This document shows positions 51,805 to 61,799 of a stretch of 64,000 bases of DNA, piece after piece. The translations under genes were made by a program, and so were the position numbers. Where the stretch lies: positions 26,414,001 through 26,478,000 of the forward strand of contig CM075988.1 of NCBI GenBank assembly GCA_038087875.1. Reading direction: 5' to 3'. The notes beneath the pieces are model-generated. The model saw only the letters and a program-made list of their open reading frames with translations. It had not been told where the DNA came from and did no database searches. The DNA is from Malacoraja senta (Eukaryota). The number at the start of each line of letters is the position of its first letter. Position 1 is the stretch's first letter.

Positions 51805-53660
51805 TACATAGAAACATAGAAAATAGGTGCAGGAGGAGGCCATTCGGCCCTTCGAGCCAGCACCGCCATTCATTGTGATCATGGCTGATCGTCCCCTATC
51901 AATAACCCGTGCCTGCCTTCTCCCTATATCCCTTGACTCCACTAGCCCCTAGAGCTCTATCTAACTCTCTTAAATCCATCCAGTGACTTGGCCTCCACTG
52001 CCCTCTGTGGCAGGGAATTCCATAAATTCACAACTCTCTGGGTGAAAAAGTTTTTTCTCACCTCAGTCTTAAATGACCTCCCCATTATTCTAAGACTGTG
52101 GCCCCTGGTTCTGGACTCGCCCAACATTGGGAACATTTTTCCTGCATCTAGCTTGTCCAGTCCTTTTATAATTTTATATGTTTCTATAAGATCCCCCTCA
52201 TCCTTCTAAACTCCAGTGAATACAAGCCTAGTCTTTTCAATCTTTCCTCGTATGACAGTCCCGCCATCCCAGGGATCAATCTCGTGAACCTACGCTGCAC
52301 TTCCTCAATCACAAGGATGTCCTTCCTCAAATTAGGAGACCAAAACTGTACACAATACTCCAGATGTGGTCTCACCGGAGCCCTATACAATTGCAGAAGA
52401 ACCTCTTTACTCCTATACTGAAATCCTCTTGTTATGAAGGCCAATTTTCCATTAGCTTTCTTCACTGCCTGCTGTACCTGTAAGCCAACTTTCAGTGACC
52501 GGTGTACAAGGACGCCCAGGTCTCGCTGCACCTCCCCCTTACCTAACCTAACCCCATTGAGATAATAATCTGCCCCCTTGTTTTTGCCGCCAAAGTTGAT
52601 AACCTCACATTTATCTATATTATACTGCATCTGCCACGCATCTGCCCACTCACTCAACCTGTCCAGGTCACCCTACAACCTCCTAACATCCTCGTCACAG
52701 CTCACACTGCCACCCAGCCTTGTGTCATCCGCAAACTTGCTAGTGTTGCTCCTAATTCCCTCTTCCAAATCATTAATATATATGGTAAACTGTTGTGGCC
52801 CCAGCACCGAGCCTTGCGGCACTCCACTCGCCACTGCCTGCCATTCTGAAAAGGACCCGTTCACTCCTACTCTTTGCTTCCGGTCTGCCAACTAATTTTC
52901 TATCCATGTCAACACCCTACCACCAATACCATGTGCTCTAATTTTAGTCACCAGTCTCCCGTGCTGGACCTTATCAAAGGCTTTCTGAAGGTCTAGATAC
53001 ACTACATCCACTGGCACCCCTTCATCCATTTTACTTGTCACATCCTCAAAAAATTCCAGAAGATTAGTCAAGCATGATTTCCCTTTCATAAATCCATGTT
53101 GACTTGGACTAATCCTTTTACTGCTATCCAAATGCTCCATTATTACCTCTTTAATAATTGACTCCAGCATCTTTCCCACCACCGAAGTCACGCTAACTGG
53201 TCTGTAATTCCCCGTTTTCTCTCTCGCTCCTTTCTTGAAAAGTGGGATAACATTAACTATCCTCCAATCCACAGGAACTGATCCTGAATCTATTGAACAT
53301 TGGAAAATGATCACCAATGCGTCCACTATTTCTAGAGCCACCTCCCTGAGGACCCTGGGATGCAGACCATCAAGTCCAGGGGATTTATCATCCTTCAGTC
53401 CCATTAGCCTACCCAATACTATTTCTCGCCTAATGAAAATTTCTTTCAGTTCCTCTACCCCCCTTAGATCCTCTGTCCCCCAGTACATCTGGGAGATTGT
53501 TTGTGTCTTCCTTAGTGAAGACAGATCCGAAGTACCTATTCAACTCTTCTGCCATTTCCTTGTTGCCCATAATAATTTCACCCATGTCTGCCTTCAAGGG
53601 ACCCACATTTGTCTTTGCTACTCTTTTTCCCTTAACATATCTAAAAAAGCTTTTATTGTC
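51805..53660 (-). mobile_element. CR1 LINE, 5'-truncated (RT domain with stops)
   Basis: KSPGLDGLHPRVL...GNYRPVS...GVPQGSVLGP...KFADDT; same subfamily as 31045-31975. Confidence 0.92.
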
Positions 53661-54229
53661 CTTACTGTGTTAGCTGCTGTCCTTTCCTGAAGCAGCATGA
53701 GGTATAGAGTAAGTTGATTTGTGGGGTGGGGGATGCGTTTGGGTGAGGAGGCGAGGCTGGTTTGTGGGTTGGATGCTGCAACTGCTTGTGGTCTTGGACA
53801 GAGCACTTGCCATATAAAGATATGTGGTGGATCCAGATAGGATGCTTTCTATGGTACATCAGCAGAAATTGGTAGGAGTCATTGGTGACATGCCAAATTT
53901 CCTTAGTCTGAGGAATGAAATTATTTTAATCAATTATTTAAATTAATATAATAATCACTCACACTACCCTTAATTAAAATACTGGAGTAGATGCTGTATC
54001 CAGTCATTCACAAATACATTAAAATATTTTATTATTACTAGCTTGAAAAATGCTTTAACCTATTCACTGCCAAGATTTTGTTTTCACTTGTATACTCGGA
54101 GGTGGCACTGAACATGTTAAAAATGTATGAAAGCATATAGTCTGATTTCTGTAAGTCAGGCTATACATTACTCAGGGAGACCCTGTATTTGGAAAATTGT
54201 TACAAATTGTACACTTTGTTTTTTAACAG

Positions 54230-54281
54230 ATGTCAATGAAGTAGTTAATATTCTATTGTCTACATATTCAGAAACACTGAG
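54230..54281 (+). CDS. TEX12: TEX12 exon (52 bp; DVNEVVNILLSTYSETLS)
   Basis: AACAG acceptor and GTAACT donor. Matches mammalian DVSKEINLMLSTYAKLLS as recalled. Confidence 0.9.
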
Positions 54282-54364
54282 GTAACTATTAATTCAATCA
54301 ATATAAACATTAATTGATGAGGTTATTCATAGTCTAGTAATTTTTTTCTTAATAATTACGTAAG

Positions 54365-54512
54365 TCAGAGAACAGCAGTGAATGCCAAGCATGTCCAACA
54401 ACTAACTACAATCCTGGAAGAAGCCAAGGCCATGGAAAGATATCTGAAACAGAAGAAAGAAGGACTCAGACATAAGCTTACTATGATTGCTAATGCTCTT
54501 CAAACAGAATGA
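54365..54512 (+). CDS. TEX12: TEX12 last coding exon
   Basis: SQRTAVNAKHVQQLTTILEEAKAMERYLKQKKEGLRHKLTMIANALQTE* compares with mammalian [54 protein letters not shown] at 54821. An alternative in-frame acceptor at 54371 is possible. Confidence 0.9.
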
Positions 54513-55045
54513 TTCTTTTCGGGTTGTCTTTAAAATTAGCAAATGTATGAAATGGGAGAATCTATAAAATTTAAACGTATTTTCTGAAGCTGTTTAAATT
54601 CTGTTATAATTATTCTGCATTTTGTATGTTCATTGATTTATCATTTACTGCTTATTAATCTCTTTGGGATAAGATTGAAAAGTAATGTAATTGTCAGTGT
54701 GTTTACTTGAGTATTTAATAATTAGATATTAGAATATTGGAATTAACATGAAAACCAAGTTTATTCCAAAAATAATTCATGTGAAAAATAGAAATTCAAG
54801 CTATGATCCTTCTCATAAAAAATAAATCAGTATTTCACAAACTTTCAATTGTATTCTTTTTATAATCATGTAGTTTCCTTTCTTAAAATATGGTATTTTA
54901 CTTCAATTTAACTATTTATTACAAGAAGTAAGAAATAATAGTCATTAAATGTATATTACATAACAGAGCATAATTAAGTTGCTTCTCCCTTAAATTGTTA
55001 CTTCATTACTATCTACTTTTTCCAAAATCTGTATGACCTTTGGAC

Positions 55046-56112
55046 GGTACCTGGATGTGGCGCCGACCGACGAGAAGCCGAAGCAAAGAAGTGGAAGCCA
55101 AATAACCGAATGGAAACGAGGCCGAAACACCAAATAACCGAAAGTGTACGAAGCCGAAACGCCAACTAACCGAAAGAGTGGGACGCCTAAATGCAAACTA
55201 ACCGAAAGGGCAGGACGCCTAAAAGCCAACTAACCGAAAGGCTGCGTCGCCTAAAAGCAAACTTACCGAATGGCCGCTCTGCCGAAACGCCACCTACCCA
55301 AAAGGCGGCGTCGTCTTACAAGCCAACGAACCGAATGCCGCTCAACAGAAAAGTCAAATAACGGACGTGACATTGCCGGGGGCGGGACTTGTCAGCGATT
55401 GGTCCAGACCCCCGCGTCCATCACATCACTGTGGAGGGAGACGAGGCGGAGGGTGGCCGTGGGAGAGTGGGGGCTGTCCCGAGGGATGCGCTCCTTCGGC
55501 CGCTTACAACTTGGTGCTTGGGTTCAGATTGCCCAGTCACCTATGGCTTGTGTGGGGAAATGACCCCCACCTTCCCGTCTCCACCGGTGGGAGGGTGGGG
55601 TCATTTTCCCCACACAAGCCATAGGTGACTGGGCAATCTGAACCCAAGCACCAAGTTGTAAGCGGCCGAAGGTGCGCATCCCTCGGGACAGCCCCCACAC
55701 TCCTACGGCACCCTCTGCGGGCTGTGGGTCGGGTGGAGCAGAGGTTTTGGACAATGTTCATCCCTCCACAGTGATGTGATGGACACGGGGGTCTGGACCA
55801 AGTCCCGCCCCCCGGCCACGTCATGTCCGTTATTTGACTTTTCTGTTGAGCGGCATTCGGTTCGTTGGCTTGTAGGCGACGCCGCCTTTCGGGTAGGTGG
55901 TGTTTCGGCAGAGCGGCCATTCGGTAAGTTTGCATTTAGGCGTCCCACCCTTTCAGTTAGTTGGCGTTTCGGCTTCGTTTCCATTCGGTTAGTTGCCGTT
56001 TCGGCTTCGTTTCCATTCGGTTATTTGGCGTTTCGGCTTTGTTTCCATTCGGTTATTTGGCTTCCACTTCTTTGCTTCGGCTTCTCATCCGTCGGCGCCA
56101 CGTCCGCACACG
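55046..56112. mobile_element. Foldback/Mutator-like element (near-complete palindrome, 9-bp TSD)
   Basis: Long inverted arms meet near 55585; modular AACCGAA subrepeats; CCTTTGGAC duplicated at 55037-55045 and 56113-56121. Confidence 0.85.
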
Positions 56113-56602
56113 CCTTTGGACACTGAAGATGTAATTTTAGGTTCAGTTTTATGATGCTCTTCATATGGCACTGGGTTCATTTTGATTTTGTGATAAGGCA
56201 TTGTAAATGTTGAGAATAATCCAGAAGTGCATCATTAGAAAGGCTTTGACACACTCTCATGTTTTAATATCATGTTCAGAGACTGCAGACCTGAGGAAGG
56301 GTGCATACCTGAAACATCACCCATCCTTATTCTCCAGAGGTGCTGCCTGACCCGCTGAGTTCCCCCAGCACTTTGTGTCTATTAACGTGGTTAAGAAGGC
56401 ATGTGGAATGCTGGACTTCATTAGTGGCAGCACTGAATACAAGAGCAGGAAGGTCATGCTCCAACTTTATAAAACATTGGAAAGAGCTCAATTTAATTAC
56501 TATGTGCAGTTGTATATACATGTAAAATTACAATATATAGGTGTTGGTTAGAGTGTAGGAATCATTTATGTTTATTAGAAGTGAATACAAATTAATGAAC
56601 GT

Positions 56603-56807
56603 ACACAAAAATGCTGGAGAAACTCAGCGGGTGCAGCAGCATCTATGGAGCGAAGGAAATAGGCAATGTTTCAGGCCGAAACCCTTGGGGTTTCGGCCCG
56701 AAACATTGCCTATTTCCTTCGCTCCATAGATGCTGCTGCACCCGCTGAGTTTCTCCAGCATTTTTGTGTACCTTCGATTTTCCAGCATCTGCAGTTCCTT
56801 CTTTAAC
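56603..56807. mobile_element. Penelope-derived palindromic mini-element with 16-bp TSD
   Basis: Inverted PLE termini; ACAAATTAATGAACGT at 56587-56602 and 56808-56823. Confidence 0.8.
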
Positions 56808-57940
56808 ACAAATTAATGAACGTTAGTTTAAGTAAAGGGGTAAGAAATTTAGAGGGGATTTGAAGGAGACAATTTCACTGATTGGGATGAATGCAGGTTG
56901 GCTTGGACCTGATGGTTGAATGGTTTGTTTTCATGCTGCATGACTATCACAACATCTAACATGGTATTCATTTGAAGAGAGGATTATAAATATAATGAAT
57001 CAGCATATGGCGTGAAAATGTATTTATCCCCTATGCTGACCTCTGATGGAAAATCAAGGGAAAATTATGAGACCTTTAGGTAGACAATTGTCAATATAGT
57101 CCAAGTATATATTTGGAGGATGGGTGGAGTCTGACACCACCTCTTCTTTCCTAACCTCACTAGCCCTTTACCCAGTTTCTTTCATCTTTCTCCCAGCTGG
57201 TTCCATTCCTACACAACCTACAAGGTCTCAAATCTTCCCACCCACACTGGTTCATCTGCATGCTCATTATCCCTCCCTTTTTAGTTCCACTTTATCACCT
57301 TATAAAATTCCAGAATCTGCGGCCCTTTGGTGTCTTCAATTATGACCTTCCAGCCTATTTATTTACCTCCCTCCTTCATATCCGGTTCCATCTGCCCATA
57401 ATTCCCTTCCTCACCTCTTTATACTGATGATCTGTCCTCTCCGCACTCTATCTTGATGCAGGGTCTTGACCCAAAACATTGAATATCCCTCTGCCTGCAC
57501 AAATGCTGCCCGTCCTACTGAGTTCCTCCAGCAGTTTATTTTTTGCTCAAGGTATGTTGTTGGCCTTTAAATGTGAACACTCCTGTTTTGAAGGGAACTA
57601 AGTGCATTTTTAATTTAATCTCCAATATTTTAAAAAGATACAATGCTGTAGATCTTGTTTCTTTATAATCTCAGAACTACTTACTACAGTGGGTGTTGTA
57701 AATCACTTCAAAGCATATAAGATTTACACACATCTTTAATCAGCACATTAACTTGGCAGCATTACCAAACGAGGTGTTGTCAGTTCATCCTGGCTGCTTC
57801 AACTAACGGTGCTGGGAATGGGCGTTAGTATAAATGTCATAATGGGGTGGAGTTAGTGATGCTAGCTAAGTGTGATTGATTCACATGCATCATCAATCTA
57901 CATCCTTCCCCCTAAAGATTAAATGTGGAGAGGAAGCATA

Positions 57941-59600
57941 TTAAACATACTCGCCATACCTGTCTGGTGGTCTACTAACACGGCCCGAACGCGTGCGGAC
58001 CCAACCATCCCCTCCCTCAACTGAAGGATTAGGCGGAGAGGCTGAAGGTGAAAACCGCACGGGAGAGGATTGTGGTGACCGAGGGGGGAAACATGCGGTG
58101 GGTGAAACCCCGTGGTTAGTGGAGACAGATGGACGTGGGGGGGTGCCAGGCATGCGGGGACGGGCGGGAGACATTGCGGAAGGCGGCTGGAACTGGAGCG
58201 GCGGAGCATAGGGATCAGCAGGCGGTGGTTGGGGCTCCTTCACAGCAAGCAGGTGTTGTCGACTTCTCTGGTAAACCGCTCCCTCACAGTCCACAAGGTA
58301 CGATCGCGGCTCATCAGTCGGGCGCACAACAATGCCCAGACGAGAATGTCCAGTTGGAGTTCGTAGACGAACGACCTGGCCCGGCAGTAGAGGCTGGAGT
58401 GGTCTGCTGGAACTGTCGTATGACCGTTTTTGGATATCGTGCTTCTCTTGGAGACGTTGCTGGATAGTGGCGGGCTTCAACACCCGAGGAACCAGCCGCT
58501 GTTGTGCGATGGGGACCGGAGACCTTGTCGCCCTCGACAGCAGCCGCTGTGCTGGTGACCCCAAGATTCCGTCTCTTGCGGTGTTTCTGAGATTCAGTAG
58601 ATCGAGATAGACGTCAGACTTTGAAATGCGCCCTCCCGCCAGCAAGTGCTTGGCGCTTCTGACAGCGCGTTCAGCGAGTCCATTACTCTGTGGATATTCG
58701 GGACTGCTTGTGACGTGCTGGAAGTTCCATCGGTCGGCGAAAAGCTTGAACAAGTGGCTGGTGAACTGTGGACCATTGTCGGTTCTCAGAATAACAGGAA
58801 TGCCATGGTCTGCGAAATGTCTTTTCAGCTTCCTGATGACCATCTCCGACGTGAGGAAGGTCAGTTGGTCAAGTTCAAACCAGTTGGAGAACGAGTCGAC
58901 CAGAACGAGGTAGTGCTTACCGCACCATTCGAAAATGTCCGCAGCCAGCGACGACCATGACAGTGCTGGTGGAGGTTGTTGCAGAAGGGGTTGCCGCTGC
59001 TGATGAGGTGCAAGATTGTTGCAACTGGGGCAGGAGGCTACGCGGTCCCGGATGTATGTGGCCATTCCGGGCCAGTAGAACAGATCCCGGGTGCGTGCCA
59101 GTGTGGAGTCAGCTCCTGGGTGACCGTTGTGTACCTCTTTGAAGTATTCGTCTTGTAGCGATGCAGGTACAACTACCTTGTGGCCCTTGACGACCACACC
59201 ATCCTGAACCACCAGTTCATCGCGGACCAAGAAGTACGGCTGCACCTCTGTGGGCGTGTTGGATTGTTTGTCTGGCCAGCCTGTTTTGATGATGGACGAG
59301 AGGGCTTGAAGCGTATCATCCTTGGGAGTGTGCGCGGCCAGGGTGCGCAGTTGCTGGAGACTAGACCGAAACCGAGAACCATGAAATTCTCCCGTTCGTG
59401 TGGGTGTTGTTCGCAAGATGATCGAGGGGCACGAGAGACGGTGTCAGCAACATGCATGTCCTTGCCCTTTGTGTAGGTAATAGAAAAGTCGTACCACTGC
59501 AGCTGCATCATCATGCGCTGCAAACGAGTTGGGGCGGCGTGGATAGGCTTGTTCAAGATTGTCATCAGTGGTTGGTGGTCCGTCTCAACCATGAACGTGT
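57941..59600 (-). CDS. pol: Gypsy pol remnant: RNase H end (frameshifted) plus integrase
   Basis: ETDHQPL RNase H motif; integrase HHCC (HNGH...CPSC) and D,D35E (AADIF, TDNG, AERAV). Confidence 0.9.
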
Positions 59601-59601
59601 T

Positions 59602-59626
59602 GTGTGGGTTCGTATCCCACTCCTGA
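59602..59626 (+). other. tRNA-Leu 3'-arm-derived fragment at the internal junction of the LTR element
   Basis: GTGGGTTCGTATCCCACTCCTGA versus vertebrate tRNA-Leu(CAG) GTGGGTTCGAATCCCACTCCTGA (recalled); the single mismatch is at position 58. Confidence 0.75.
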
Positions 59627-59729
59627 ATGTGTGTAAATCTTATATGCTTTGAAGTGATATACATGGCGTCAGAAATGGTCCTATCCACTCCTCTTGTATA
59701 ACGGTTTTTTATTTTATCTTTTGTGAGTT

Positions 59730-60752
59730 TTGCTTTACTTTACGATGGCTAATTCTTGTCGGAAGCCTGAGCCTCTTGTCTTTGATGCCGATATCAGCGA
59801 ACGGTGGGCCACGTTTGAAATTGATTACCAGCACTACATGAACATTGTACACCGAAATGAACCAGATGCTGTTAAGGCCTCTCTCCTGCTCAACCTTGCG
59901 GGACCTGGTGCCCTTCATCGATCCAGAATATTCCGTTATGCTCCGGCTATCCGTGATGCCAATGACCAGGTAATTACACCGGCGGAGTCTCCTACTGACC
60001 CTAATGTTTTGCTGCGTAAACTGGCTCAGATCTGTGACCTGCCCTCAAATCACATTTTAGACAGGGCAAGGTTTTTCTCTCGTCGTCAACTTCCCGGGGA
60101 ACGAGTGGACTCATTTATTTCTTCTTTAATGTATCTAGTCCAACGTAGTCGATTTCAAGAAATGCCATTGGATCAGTTGACTGATCAGTTAACGAGGGAT
60201 ATTTTAGTGAATGGTATCACCGATCAAAAGCTCAGATCAGAGCTCCTGAGACGGCCAGAGTTATTGCTAGATGACGCGGCGCATGCATGCAGAACGGCTG
60301 AACTTGTTGATCCTATAGACATTTCGCATGAAAGCAATACCATCAATCTGACGGGCCTCACTAGGCAGCGGACATACACAGATAACAGCCGATCTAAGAT
60401 CCAAGCTAGCCAGGCAGCTCTCAGCGTTCCTCCACAGAAATGTCCTAACTGCGGCTATATACACAACAGGCAATCCACCTGCCCCGCCCTCGGGAAGGCT
60501 TGTAATTACTGCAAAAAGCTAAATCACTTTGCCTCAGCCTGTCGGGCTGCTATCAGGGCCCGAGGAAAGAATGCGCCCAGTCCCAAGTCTAATCTCAATT
60601 TTTTGCAACGAGACAGCAACACACTGACTCCTCACTTCCAGCTCGAAGCCGCCCCCGAATATATTCCATTTGACTCGCAAGACGACCCTACTGTTTACAT
60701 GTTACAGCATGCTGCTGCCAAGAACTCTGATCCCACTTCTGACACCATGTAA
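59730..60752 (+). CDS. gag: Gypsy gag with two Cys/His knuckles, inverted relative to the LTRs and pol
   Basis: Open 340-aa frame with RARFFSRRQLPGERVDSFISSL, RDILVNGI, CPNCGYIH...C and CNYCKKLNHFASAC. Confidence 0.9.
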   Translation: MLYFTMANSCRKPEPLVFDADISERWATFEIDYQHYMNIVHRNEPDAVKASLLLNLAGPGALHRSRIFRYAPAIRDANDQVITPAESPTDPNVLLRKLAQICDLPSNHILDRARFFSRRQLPGERVDSFISSLMYLVQRSRFQEMPLDQLTDQLTRDILVNGITDQKLRSELLRRPELLLDDAAHACRTAELVDPIDISHESNTINLTGLTRQRTYTDNSRSKIQASQAALSVPPQKCPNCGYIHNRQSTCPALGKACNYCKKLNHFASACRAAIRARGKNAPSPKSNLNFLQRDSNTLTPHFQLEAAPEYIPFDSQDDPTVYMLQHAAAKNSDPTSDTM

Positions 60753-61799
60753 ATCACTTCAAAGCATATAAGATTTACACACATCTTTAATCAGCACATT
60801 AACTTGGCAGCATTACCAAACGAGGTGTTGTCAGTTCATCCTGGCTGCTTCAACTAATGGTGCTGGGAATGGGCGTTAGTATAAATGTTATAATGGGGTG
60901 GAGTTAGTGATGCTAGCTAAGTGTGATTGATTCACATGCATCATCAATCTACAGGTGTGACTTTATATAGTCAATTATAAATCTCCAGGAACCATTTGGC
61001 TTATCAACCTGCTATACGCATGAGTGATTTATTAAAGCCACTGGGTGCAGTACTCCCTGTTGTAACATATTTATAAAACCAAGAAGAATTCAGCTTATTT
61101 TAGAAACCTTTATTTGTGGCTTTGGATGGTGGCCATCTATGACTATCTCATCCATCATCCAGCCACAGTTGTGATTATGTATGTCAAAAGCAGGATTCCC
61201 CAGTCTGTATGAATGTATGCCTTGACAGAAACTTACACTGATATCTCCCCTAATTTGCCCATTTGCTAATTGCAGCAATTTACTGAATTAAATGCAACAT
61301 TACACTATCACATCAGAGCCAAGCATGCGTCAATTTCTGGGTGTGTATTTACTAATGTTGAGGATAACAATCCCAATTTTCAAATCTAAATTTTAGTTCA
61401 TCAGTTCTGGATCCTTTCTGTGAATGGTCAGAAACAATAGCCTGTTTAGTTTGCCACAATTACCCCAAGGGTGTGTTGAGAGTGGTGTAAAACACTCTAG
61501 TATTTCAAAAATATTTGCCAGGACTATCTCTTTCCTTCCACTAGAGTTTGTTTTATGCAATTGCATTTGGTGCTACTTACCCATATAAGAGAGCCTGACA
61601 CCATCCTGCTCTTAGACTTGGGTCCAGGAGCTGATGCTACCGAGAGTTAGGGCTCTGATTGGGTCCATGAAGATGTACAGTACATGTTCTTTACTTTGGT
61701 AATAAAGGTCTTTCCTTTATAAAGAGTATGATGCAATGAGATAAAGTTATATTATTAAATTTAAATTGTTTATTAAGTTCTGATAGGCATAGATAGGAT

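Larger units (their letters stand above)
57697..60953 (-). mobile_element. Ty3/Gypsy LTR retrotransposon, rearranged (no protease or RT)
   Basis: 206-bp TG...CA LTRs at 57697-57902 and 60748-60953 (2 differences seen), 5-bp TSD GGTGT, tRNA-Leu PBS at 60730-60747 and PPT at 57903-57916, both on the minus strand. Confidence 0.95.

Noticed and set aside
59730..60752. Domesticated gag (Arc/PEG10-like) gene
   Set aside because: It lies inside a young element with near-identical LTRs and a TSD, and the ORF ends by running into the reversed PBS/LTR. There is no evidence of selection.
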